Notes under the pieces: generated by a model
The model's input: the letters and a program-made list of their open reading frames with translations, nothing else
Told to the model about the DNA's origin: nothing
The model's database searches: none
Program-made: the position numbers and the translations under genes
Shown: positions 12,914-25,569 of the stretch, piece by piece
Position numbering within the stretch: the stretch's first letter is position 1
Layout: every line of letters starts with the position of its first letter
Source of the DNA: Conidiobolus incongruus B7586
Taxonomy: Eukaryota
Direction of reading: 5' to 3'
Assembly: GCA_000697335.1 (NCBI GenBank)
Contig: JNEM01008377.1
Location: forward strand, 1-62,489
DNA length: 62,489 nucleotides

Positions 12914-13283
12914 TATAAAATAATCATTTAGTATTCAATATCTTTGATTACAATAAACATTCAATTATTTAATATTTGAATAAATTAACTTTATTCTATT
13001 TGCACACTGAAGTTGTTCCGACCAACCTCTTGAGAAAAAGGAATCAGGATAAATTTAGGTGAATATCTTATGAAAATTGACTAAAAATGACTTGAATTTT
13101 TAATCAATTCTTAATAAAATCCCTTTTCATTTGGCAGAAAGTTCTTTGATAAAATTAAACCCATAATTAAAGTTGATACTTTTTTGAATACTTGTTAACA
13201 ATAGATCAAAATGTTATATTTTACAAATCTCTATACCTCTGGACTTCTTTATACTATATTCATCAATTTAATATAAGATCACA

Positions 13284-14414
13284 ATGACAACTAGCTACAA
13301 CTTCGGTGCTGGTCCCAGTGCGCTTCCAGCCAGTGTGCTCCAAAAGGCTTCTCAAGCAGTTGTCGAATATGAACCAAACACCAACTTGTCTATCCTTGAG
13401 ATCAGTCACAGGTCATCCACTTTCAAGACAATTATTAACCGTGCAATCGATGATCTTAAGAGTCTTTTAAACATTCCTTCCAACTACCGCGTATTGTTCC
13501 TTCAGGGAGGTGGTTCAGGTCAATTTTCTGCTGTTGTATTGAACCTTCTCGCGAATCGTGGTAAGAATCGCCCCGTTGATTATATCGTGACAGGTGGTTG
13601 GTCTGCCAAAGCTGCTGAAGAGGCAGCCAATTTAGGAGCCAATGTGAACATCGCCATCAACTCAAAAAAAGTATATGGTGGATACGTTGGAATTCCTTCC
13701 CAAAAGGATTGGCGGCTTTCTGGTGAAGATGCGGCATATGTATACTACTGTGCTAATGAAACTGTCTATGGAGTGGAATTTGATTTTATTCCCGAAGTCC
13801 ATCCCAGTGTACCCTTGGTTTGCGACATGTCCTCAAATATTTTATCTAAGCCTATTGACGTAAGCAAATTTGGAGTTATCTTTGCCGGTGCCCAGAAAAA
13901 TATTGGTCCAAGCGGTGTTACAATCGTCATTGTTAGAGAAGATTTATTGACACATCTCCCAGACAAGAGCCAATTCAACCCTATTCCCATTGTATTGGAT
14001 TATAGTGTAATGGCAGAGCACAACTCTTTGTATAACACCCCTCCTGTCTATAGCATTTTTGTCACCGGATTAATGTTACAATGGATTGCAGAGAACGGAG
14101 GTGCCGAAGGCATGGATGCATTAGCAGATCGTAAATCCCAATTAATGTACAACTATTTGGAAGGAACCAATTTTTACAGATGTCCTGTTAATGCCGACAG
14201 TAGATCACGTATGAATATCGTTTTTAGACTGCCTTCAGAGGAATTGGAAGAAAAATTCATCAAGCGTGCTGCTGAGGACCATCGCTTTTACCAACTCAAA
14301 GGACATCGCTCCGTTGGCGGTATTCGTGTATCATGTTACAATGCCATTCCAGTTGAAGGAATTGAAAAATTACTGAAATATATGGAACAATTTGAATCAG
14401 AGCATGCTCAATAG
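13284..14414 (+). CDS. SER1: Phosphoserine aminotransferase
   Basis: YNFGAGPSALP, EISHRS, FLQGGGSGQF, CDMSSN, AGAQKNIGPSG, YNTPP, GHRSVGGIRVS. Confidence 0.97.
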   Translation: MTTSYNFGAGPSALPASVLQKASQAVVEYEPNTNLSILEISHRSSTFKTIINRAIDDLKSLLNIPSNYRVLFLQGGGSGQFSAVVLNLLANRGKNRPVDYIVTGGWSAKAAEEAANLGANVNIAINSKKVYGGYVGIPSQKDWRLSGEDAAYVYYCANETVYGVEFDFIPEVHPSVPLVCDMSSNILSKPIDVSKFGVIFAGAQKNIGPSGVTIVIVREDLLTHLPDKSQFNPIPIVLDYSVMAEHNSLYNTPPVYSIFVTGLMLQWIAENGGAEGMDALADRKSQLMYNYLEGTNFYRCPVNADSRSRMNIVFRLPSEELEEKFIKRAAEDHRFYQLKGHRSVGGIRVSCYNAIPVEGIEKLLKYMEQFESEHAQ

Positions 14415-14435
14415 TTCTAATAAATGTATAGATGA

Positions 14436-14553
14436 TTGTAATTTTATCTCTTGGTAGCACGCAAGTTCACCTCTAATCGAGCAAATGCTAGCAGAGATAG
14501 TATTATCAATCCCTAATATACTAATAGGATCGGTGAAAGTTAAATTACAAATA
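14436..14553. ncRNA. Candidate structured RNA (two hairpins within a closing stem; H/ACA-like boxes on the + strand)
   Basis: TTGTAATTT (14436-44) pairs with AAATTACAA (14542-50). Hairpin TATCTCT..TAGCA/TGCTA..AGAGATA, then ATAGTA (ANANNA), a second imperfect hairpin, then ACA. Confidence 0.35.
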
Positions 14554-14717
14554 AAATTTCAATAAAATAGATAACAAGGAATTTTTATTTCAAAAAAGTG
14601 ATTCAATATACTTAAAATTTAGGCGATGATAAAAGTGTGTTGTTGAAAAATAATACATAATTTTGAGTTGGAAAATATTAAATAACAAATAAATCTTATT
14701 TTTAAAACCTGAGGCCA

Positions 14718-15386
14718 TTAAGACATCATCTTACTTCTCCATTCTGAGTGGTGGCCGTGGTGAGGTTTGTGAATTAGTCCGTTGAACTGGTGGTCGCGTA
14801 TAAGGCTTGTCCTCAAACTATCTGATAGCTCGACTAAAAGGCTATCGCTAATACCATATTCGCTAGACGGAGGCTCTACTGGAGATGGGGTTTTGTCTTT
14901 AGGTATGGGAGGAATAGGATTATTCCTTAAGAGTGAGGATAGAAGGGAGGGTCTAGCAAGAGACGGTGTGGGACTTGAAGCAACCGAAGGCTGAACAGAT
15001 AATTTTGAAAATGAAAAAGGGTCTGGTGTGAATGAAGAAGCGGCTGATGAGGGTAGAGACTTCCAGTCGTCCTCGTCAGAAGGTTGAGAACTAGTATTAT
15101 TAGTTCTATCAATGAAACGACTTGTATTAAGATTTGTAATTATGTTTTTTGGAGGCGATCTCTTTTGAGTCTTAATTTTGAGTTTGTGATGATCTTTGTT
15201 AGCTCCTGTTTGTTCGATATTGATAGGAGGTTGGTTTAGTAACTCTTCAAGTGGGTCAACTTCTAAAAATTGATTGGAATCATTTTGTTTTATGAAATTC
15301 TTCCTAGTAGCTTGTAAGCCTCCAGCATGTTTAACCCTAGGCTTTCTATGGTGGGAAAGTGTAGCGTTGGATTTTTGACCGGCCAT
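14718..15386 (-). CDS. Ser/Pro-rich, probably disordered protein; C-terminus resembles fungal DUF3295
   Basis: 222-aa intronless GC-rich ORF with DEDDW, RPSLLSSLL and ELSDSLRTSL segments, recalled as DUF3295-like (family call uncertain). Confidence 0.65.
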   Translation of the reverse strand: MAGQKSNATLSHHRKPRVKHAGGLQATRKNFIKQNDSNQFLEVDPLEELLNQPPINIEQTGANKDHHKLKIKTQKRSPPKNIITNLNTSRFIDRTNNTSSQPSDEDDWKSLPSSAASSFTPDPFSFSKLSVQPSVASSPTPSLARPSLLSSLLRNNPIPPIPKDKTPSPVEPPSSEYGISDSLLVELSDSLRTSLIRDHQFNGLIHKPHHGHHSEWRSKMMS

Positions 15387-16804
15387 GATTAATTAAAAAA
15401 GATACAAGAGAAAGTATGGAAGGCCTTGAGAATAGAAGAGGCTAAGGAAATAGACTGAGACTAAGTATTATTACCCCTTATTTAAGAAAGTATATAGTAG
15501 TGAAGTAATCAGTATATAATGGATCACTTGAAAAAAACACGTATTTTAAATTAACTGAATCACCCTCCTAAATATTTCAAAACCAAATAAATTTTAAACG
15601 TTGGAAAAATCATCTCCTTTTATACCCAATGAGATTCACTCACATTGAAAATTTTCAATTTGATTCGATTTCATTTTCTAATTTACCTTTGTATGATAAT
15701 CACATTTTTAATTTTCGCTAAAATCACCTATTACATATATTTATTAATAGCTTCAATCTTTATTAGTAATATTTTTTAACCAACCATATTTCTATATTTT
15801 TATTAGCTCTAATCTTTCAATTATCAAATTATTAGATAAATTATTGTAATATTGACACCTGAGTACACCCAAGAAAATCATTACATTTTAGAAATCGCAT
15901 CATATGAACAATAATCAAAGAGTTTGAATAACCAGTGAGAATGAGGCGGAAAAAGATTCAAGTGAGGCGAATACTTGAAAACCTCGTGAAATAATAAGAA
16001 TTTGCCTGATAAAAAGAAAATTATTCTCTCAGTGTTGCCATTCTAACCAATCACTTCTCACCATCTAATTACATAATTAATTAGGGAATGACATGACACC
16101 TTCTTTTACCATATTGGGAACCTATTAGAATTATCCAATCATCCAATAATATTATCCATTCAACTAAAATTTTTTTACTCCTAACCCAAGTATGGTAACT
16201 AATTAGAACAATTGAGTTAATCATGAAGAAACTATTTCCGTTAATTCCCATCCTAAAAATATACTTTTGGTTACAAATTGGACCATTAGATTATATTAAA
16301 ATTGTTAAACTATCAGTAAATTTAAATAATAAATCAAATAATTTATATAAGTTAACTAACTGAATAAATGACATATAGATAACAACATATTTTTCAAATA
16401 TTAATCAATAATATCAATAATATTAATATTTACCAACTTCAATGACGACATATCAAAAAAAATTAATTAACATCAATTAAATTTTAATTAACAAACAATA
16501 TAATTTTTTATTAAAAAATTAATTTAATTATCTATTTGATAAATAATGAATAAGTCTCAAAAGACAAATAAATATATAAGTGAGGACATAGAATGAATAC
16601 TTATGAAAAATCAATACCAAGAGAATTTTAAGCTCTTTATAGAATAACCTTATCAAATTTATTAGATAGGATCACTTATGTCATCCTCAATGAAATCGTC
16701 ATATTTTCCAATTTAAAATAGAATGAATATTTAATAAAAGAAATGGCTGCTTAACAAATTTATAGAATATTTGAGTTTTATGGATTAAATTGATTTTTTA
16801 AAGT

Positions 16805-17041
16805 TACTAGCTCGTACCCTTAATGTGTTTACTCGGTTCCACCTCTATATACTTTTAATCGCTGTCTATACTTGAGGTATCCTAAATATTTAAAGATAAT
16901 GGTAAAAAATCAATTTATTCAATATTGAACTAGTTGTCAAATGATGCCTTATACTTTATAGATTCTTGAGCTTTGTATAAAAATCGATCAAAAATTTAGA
17001 GAAGTGGAGCCAAGTAGACACGTTTACCAAACAAACTAGTA
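16805..17041. repeat. Degenerate long inverted repeat (foldback)
   Basis: 16825-16861 vs the reverse complement of 16985-17021 matches at 29/37 positions without gaps. Pairing extends outward to TACTAG/CTAGTA and loosely inward. Confidence 0.75.
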
Positions 17042-19040
17042 TCAAATGGATAAACCTTTTGATAACGTGAAAGATGAAATTTTATAATTATTTATTTTTA
17101 ATGATTCCATGACTTTAACTTATATTTGAACTTTTATTTAAGCAGTAAAAATAAACCCAATTAAGCACTGTTCTTTTTACTAGTTGGTAAATTCAGAATG
17201 TTATTAGAGCTATTTTTAGGTCATTCATCAACATAGAACTCTATGGACTGTTTTACGCAGCTTTAACTTAGGAAATTTAAATTTGAAAATCTATTTTTAG
17301 AAAAGTTCAAATTTCAAAGACTTTCAAATAGATAAAATGTAAATAATAAAATGAATATTTTTTGATTAATTTAAGTTAGGGATCAGCTTTAGAGATAGTA
17401 TCTATTCATTGCTAAATATTGCTTTGATTAATTTTTTAAATTGATAATTTAATTTCAGATGGTTATCAAATTTAAAATTTGTTGATTTTGATCTAATTGC
17501 AAAATTAATAATTTTGATATTTTGATTAGAATGAATTCATAACAAAATTGACCAATACCTTATTAGCACTATTTCTGTTTTTGTTATTATTGTGATTTTG
17601 AAAATTTTGGATATTCAAAAATATTTTTATAATTTGAATAGGTTATAAGTTTATTAACATTCGGTAAAATGGTATTAATCCGATAATTTACGCTTATATT
17701 AGGATTATGAGTAATCTTTTGTAACTTGTAAATATTGGATTGGAGTAATTTTTAAATCACAATGATGAATAAATAATAATCAAAATAGTCATTTTGATTA
17801 TTTTATCAATATTATATATAAACAAAATTTCAATTTTTTTAATTTTCGGGACTATAAACTTCAAGCTCCTGATGCAAATATTCTTATAAGTGATAATAAT
17901 CATATAGTGGTAATCTATATCAATTTGCATAATAGCAAATTGATTCTAATATAACTAACTATGAAATATTAAATATTTGATGTCCATTTCGCCACTTCAT
18001 AGTTTTTGACTTGTAAATTAAAGTCCCACCATTTCGATTTATACATCAAAAATCTCAAATTGTCAACCGAAAAAAATCGGTAGTCATCCCGTAACATAAT
18101 CTATTCATTTGCCAAACCCAATAATCAGTATCATTACTATTACTTTGCAATAAACTTTCACAAGTTTGTCTATTAAATAAAAACTTATATGAGCCAAGAT
18201 AACTATCGTTAATTATTCAAATTGATTAATTGTATAGTAGAATAGCTAAATGAGAAACTTAGAATATTGATTCTAAATATTGCGTTGTTCTATTTAGAAT
18301 TTTAGTCGCTCTTCTCCTAAATATCCTTAATCTGTCTACATTGATAGTGGTATTATTTTTTTAGTAACTTATAAATAATTGAAAGCTATTGAAAGTGATG
18401 AGCCATCCAATTTCTATAATGATTTTCCATAAATAATGTTTAAAATAATATATTTATATTATTCAGCAAGATTACTCTAATGTGAAAAACATTTAAATTA
18501 TACGAAATTTTTTCTTAAATTTTTGAATGTAGAATATTGAAGCTCAAATTTCAAACTTAACTACCACGTCACTATGAATATCTGTAAAAATTGGATTATA
18601 AAATAAAGAATGAATTCAAACTTATAAGTATCATTTTAAATATATTAAACAATGAATATCGATTAAATATAATCCAATATATTCTAAAATATTAATATTA
18701 ATAATTTGATTATATAATATCAACATATAATTGCAAGTTTTAAAGTATAAACTATCAATATTTTGATTAAAATGATTTATTAATAAAATATATTTATTAC
18801 ATTTTTATTATAGATCAAGTTATATCAACTAATATGTATTGAATTATATCCCATTAATTTTAATCCAAAAATAATACTACCTTATTAATTAATTCATTCA
18901 ACTTATAACCAAATTTTATAAATTTATGAATTTATCCCACAATAAATCCTAATTCTCCTATAAAAATATATATTTCAATGAATAACCCAGTCCAAACACA
19001 TCACTACATAACAAAAAACTTCATAATATATAATACAAAA

Positions 19041-19818
<778 letters not shown>

Positions 19819-20059
19819 TTATTAAGAATAATAAATATGTTTTATTTTAAATTTTGTTAATATATTATGACAATGAACGAGTTATATTATTGATAGATCA
19901 TATTTTTTGAATAACTCTAATTTATCAAAATCAATTTATCTAAGTTTTTCATTTACAATTGATAATGTAAAATAATTTGAAATAAATTTGAAAAACTATC
20001 AATCTTTTAAATATATATATATATATATAATATTGATCCAATTCCAAGTCAATATTTTT

Positions 20060-20934
20060 TTAATGACCCTGTCTTCTGTTATGTTTATATCTATTTAAAT
20101 TCTATTATAAAAAAATTATATTAATCTTTAATTTTAGATCCATAATTTAAATATTACTTACCTCTTTAAGATAATTTAAATGTCTAGAATGACTCATCAT
20201 CTAAGTAATAATTATCAACATTAAATTCATACTTATAGACAATAAAATATTACATTAACAGGTTTAAATTGCTTTCTCAACGTATTCTCTTCACCATATA
20301 TAACACTCAAATCTTCTAATTCCATATCGGGTAACGTACAGGTGCCAATTCCAATTATTACATTATTCTCAATTTTAGTGTGGGATTGAACAGTTGCTAA
20401 CCACCACCCATTAATCCTAATAATTTAGTTAAGTGTTGGTAGTATTTACCTTTAATTTCGATAATATTTTGGTTACCGATATTACTAGTATCAACATCTA
20501 AACAAAATCTCATTAGTATCTAAATTTCAAACTATTGTTGGGAACTTACAGCTCGAAGTCTCAAATAAATTTTCGTTACCAATAACCATAGGTTCAATAC
20601 CACTAAAAAGATTTAACATCGATTCTAATTAATATTGGTTAAATTACTTGTTGATTATGGTACTGTGTTCTTCGAAGATATTTTTATCGCCGATAATGAT
20701 GGGACCTTTGCGCGCTATAATACGACAGCGGTGATGAAGGATATTACCGGAGCCTAATTTTAATTAGTATATGAATATATAAATCGAATTGATTATTATT
20801 ACCAATAGTCACTTTGCCCTCAATAATAGCGTCCTGACAAACTAGGCTACTTGAATTGATCTGGATTTGAGAACTGATAAACATTTCATCAACATATTTT
20901 ATTAAAATGCATGAATGATAAATGGATACCTCAT
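20060..20934 (-). CDS. DCTN6: Dynactin subunit 6 (p27), left-handed beta-helix; multi-exon; absent from the ORF track
   Basis: Spliced translation MSSQIQINSSSLVCQDAIIEGKVTIGSGNILHHRCRIIARKGPIIIGDKNIFEE...PMVIGNENLFE...SVIYGEENTLR...HLNYLKE matches the p27 pattern. Confidence 0.85.
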
Positions 20935-21135
20935 TGAATATGTTAATAATGTTAATTTTAAATTAATTAAACTTATTCATTCAAATTATCCATTTTCAAT
21001 ATTTAAATTCACATCAATTAATTTTAAATTTAAGGGATAATGTTCATTAAAAAAATTTTTTTTTAACAATTTTAATTTTTTTTTATTGAATAAAGTCTAT
21101 ATAAAAATATAAATAAATAACAGTGATTAAGCCTT

Positions 21136-23602
21136 TCATCCAGATTCGTAATGATTGAGCTTTCTCACTACTTTCATCAGTCTGATGACGGCGGCAGGCG
21201 AGAGTCCGGGGATGGATTGAGCTTGCTGTAGAGTGGTGGGCTTACAGCGCATGAGGATGGTTTTGTCCTCAGTACTCAGATTAAATCTAGAGTGATCGGT
21301 TAGCGTTAATTATTTATTAGAATATGATAATGTTACTTGTTATAATCAATAGTCAAAGGAATCTTCAAACTGGCATTCAATTTGAGATTTTTAATGTCAT
21401 CATTTTGTTGGGAGATGTAACTTTGATACATGCCTATATTATTTATAAGTATAACAATAATAAAATAGATATTGAATTTACCTTCAATCCAAACACTTTG
21501 TTGGACACGCGGATCCCAATCCTTCAATTGGGGAAGAGAGTTGACGAAATCGTCCCACTTCACACCGTTGAATTTGAGCATTTCGTAAGCGGTTTGATGG
21601 TGACCATTAGGAGAGATGGGGAACCCTAAACTATTCCAATGGCGGGAAGAGTAGCGAATACTGCGCAATTCATCAATCCCAGCTTCAATTTGGCGTTGGA
21701 TATCCTTGGTGGCTTGATAACGTTCTTGACTGACGCAGCCTGTTTGGTAGCCTAATTATTGATGGACTAATGAGTTCAATTTAATAACTATATAAACTAT
21801 ATGAATTACCTCGTTCTGTCAACCTCAAATCGGCATTATCCGATCTCAGAGAAAGTCTGTATTCCGATCTAGATGTGAATATCCTATATGGTTCTTCAAC
21901 ACCCTTAGTCACAAGATCGTCAATCAATACACCGATGTAAGCGTCGCCACGATCCAAAATAAATGGAGCTCTTCCTTGACTGCGACAGCCTGCGTTAATA
22001 CCGGCAATAATACCCTAAAAATTGTCAATGAAGATTTTAAATAATGGTCTAAATCTATATACCTGAGCAGCAGCTTCCTCATAACCTGTAGTACCATTAA
22101 TTTGACCAGCCATAAATAAGCCAGGAATCTTTTTGGTTTCCAAACTGGGTTGCAATTCACGAGGGTCAATATGATCATATTCGACACCGTAACCAGGTCT
22201 TAACATTGTTACATTTTCAAGGCCTTTGATAGTACGAAGGAAACGTAGCTGTTCTTCGGCTTCCATAGTGTTGGAAATACCGTTGGGGTAGACAACATTG
22301 GTATCCAAGCCTAAAAGAAAATATAAGCATAATGACATAGTATATATGTGGAAGATTGTTACCTTCAGGTTCTAACCAAATATTATGGCCCAACTTCTCC
22401 TTAAAGCGAATGACCTTACTCTCAATACTGGGACAGTATCTGGGACCTTTGACACTTTCCCTAATATGCACGTTACGATCAAAATTATCGCGAATGACCT
22501 GATGCGACCTTTCATTGGTCTTAGTCTGGTGGCACATGATCTGATTATTGGCATTAGGAACTGTTTTGTGCATGAATGAGAATGGCTGGGGTGGATTTTC
22601 GCCAGGTTGGGGTGTTAAATTGGTATAGTCAATGGTATTGCCATCTAATCTGGGAGGTGTACCGGTTTTCATTCTTCCAAGAGCAAAACCAGCTTTCATT
22701 AGCGATTCAGATAACCCTATAGTAGGTTGTTCGTTGATTCTTCCAGCCGGGTATACTGTTAAACCTATATTATTAAAAATATTAATATCTAATTAATAAT
22801 TTAAAATTTGTACGTATTTACCAATATGAATTTCACCTCTCAAGAATGTACCAGTGGTCAAAATCACGTTGTTACAACGAATTTTGGCGCCATCTTGCAA
22901 TTGGACACCAGCAATTTTTCCATCTTCCAGGAGGATATCGAATGCAGAGCCCTCACGAATGGTTAAATTTGGCTGATTGTCCAAAATCTTTTGCATATGA
23001 TATTTGTACAATTTGCGATCGAGTTGAGCTCTTGGACCCTATTAAGAATTAACCAAATATCATAATATATAATTTAAATAATATTTACATAAACAGCAGG
23101 TCCCTTGGATCTATTCAACACAGTAAATTGAATACCTGCCAAATCTATATTCGTCACTTATAAGCCATCATTCAAGAATACATTTGAATATTCAATTACC
23201 TCCAACTTTCCCGCAAACCCCGTCCAAAGCGTCAATCTCCCTCACCAAAATACCCTTGCCTACACCTCCCAAACTGGGGTTACAACTTAACTCACCAATG
23301 GTTTCCTTCTTTTGAGTGAGTAGTAGTGTATTCACGCCCATTCTCGCACTCGCAGAACTCGCTTCACACCCAGCATGACCTCCTCCTATAACAACAACAT
23401 CGTAATAGGGTATATCATCGTTCACTAGGGGTTTGAAATTAATGGCGGTAGTATCGATTTCAGCTTTAATCTTGGTAGTAGTTGATAACATTCTTGAACA
23501 ATTTGTCAAATGTACTGGATTTATATAGATTCTTGATAGTTGATTAATACTACATTGAGCACTTCTTGTTCTTAATAAATTTTGAAATTGTTTGTTTAAC
23601 AT
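21136..23602 (-). CDS. MTO1: Mitochondrial tRNA U34 modification enzyme MTO1/GidA (MnmG); multi-exon
   Basis: Presequence, then [78 protein letters not shown]. Stop at 21138-21136. Confidence 0.96.
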
Positions 23603-24443
23603 TTTAATTGAGATCTTGTCAGTTGTGCTAAGATTTAATAATTATTTATTATTCTGGAATTTTTAATCTATATCTATATATTGAGTGTTGACTTTTGGAT
23701 ATTTATTGTTTGGATTTAATTAATTAATTTAAAAGGATAAATAAAATATAAATATTATTTTTATAATCAAAAATTATTTCAATTTGGATTACTCTCTAAT
23801 TTAATTTCCATCTCCATAAACCATTTTATGGGATTTATTTTATTTTCAATCTTTGTTACACTAATAATGTAATTAATATTATGTGAATTTTTGGAGTGTG
23901 AAATTTGATATCGTGCTAATGTTTCCATAAATTATATTGAAAATCTGGAAAATAAAAGCTTCATATAATAATTATCAAATCATTATATTTTAGAGTAATT
24001 ATTGATATTCATAGGGCAAATAATATAATGATATTAATTATCAATTTAATTTCAAGATTGTAAACTTATAAAATTTTATCAATATTTAATTATATTTATA
24101 GAAATTTAAGATTAAATAATAATCAATAAATTTTGATGAACATGAGATATACTAAAAGTTATAAGGATTTTGGATGTTAAACCAAATATAATATAAAAGA
24201 AATTTGAATATGTTAAATCTATAAACCATACTTTAAATTTGAATAGATATTACCATATTTATTTATTAGTATTTTAAATTTTTCGTTTTAGTGTAATAAA
24301 TTAAACTAGGATTTTTTTTTAAATCTAATATAAATTTTTTACAATTAACTCTAGTTGCATCTCTAATATAGAACATTAAAAAGAGCTAAATTAATGTTAG
24401 TTTATTATAATAAAAATGAATAATGATTAATTAAGAAATCTAA

Positions 24444-25569
24444 TTAGTTAGGGGCCAATTCAGTAACCAACTGGTCCAAATAATCTCCAACTCGAACTAT
24501 GTGAGATTCGTCAATAATGTCACGAATTAGCATCTCCTCAACCCAACTATGTCCATTACGATTCGTGAAACTATCGTAACGACTGTCTGGACTCAAATCG
24601 GCTACCTCGACGATGTGATTCATGGCGACTGCTGATTGGTAGCCGTTGTAGTGAATATTGTCCATATTGAATATGTATTTGGTAGCAAGCATAAAGGGCT
24701 TAGCAAGATAGGTGAAAACGAAATCACCAACCATTCCACCCGCAATATTACTTGGGACGGTGTTAGGATTGCCTAAATAGCTTCTGATATTCATCTTATG
24801 GTGCTGGTACCTCTGGTTCAAGTGAGCACTTGCTAAATTCACAACATATTTGGTACTTCCGTAGGGATTTTCGCCCTTAACGCATTGAATATCGTCAATA
24901 TTGAAGAATATGGGCAAACCTTCGGGTGATGTGGTCCATATGACTTTTGGATTAGGTGCTTTGAGCATCAAGTCTTCCACCATACGACTTAATAAATAGT
25001 GGCCGAATACGTTTACCGCAAAGTAACGATACAGGTTGTCTGACGTGATCTGAGTATTGTCGTGGAGAATAAATGGAGGGTTGGTGAAACACGCTTTCAT
25101 ATCAGTGAAAAAACATTTGACGAGTCCCACTGGATCAATACCTCTACTGAATATAGCACCTGCGTTAAGAAACAAATAATCGATATGATTAACCCTAAAA
25201 ACTTTTAGTAATCGATATTCAAGACAAATTTCAATCAACTTACTTTTGAATTAAGATCTCTACAGCACTCTTTACCTGGTCTACAGTCTCCACACTACAA
25301 ATCCAAGGCACGAGCGTGACTAATTTATCTTCCAACTTGACAACATCACGAATACTTAAGTTCAAAACAACCTGGTCTGCACAATTCTCGAATTTCTTAT
25401 TACTTCGAACTCCAACGAAGATTTGGGTAGGTTCTTGAGCTTTTTCTATAAGACGACGTATGATACCAATACCTAGTTCTCTGAATATTGTTTTAGATTA
25501 TTAGATACATATTTTATATGTACATATTGGTTGTTACCCATTAGCTCCAGTAATTACTATATTGATCAT
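24444..25569 (-). CDS. ERG27: 3-keto-steroid reductase-like SDR (ERG27/HSD17B7 family), copy A; 2 introns
   Basis: MINIVITGANGELGIG, LFLNAG, FAVNVFGHYLL, IWTTS, catalytic PYGSTK. Confidence 0.8.

Noticed and set aside
698..14414. Possible biosynthetic cluster (aminotransferases, CoA-transferase, radical SAM, riboflavin synthase, SER1)
   Set aside because: No backbone synthase, transporter or regulator; most members are canonical primary-metabolism genes and the radical SAM protein is RlmN-type.
14436..14553. Hammerhead ribozyme, SECIS, 5S rRNA or U5 identity for the structured element
   Set aside because: No CUGANGA core, no SECIS UGA/GA quartet, no 5S conserved loops and no U5 GCCUUUUAC loop found.
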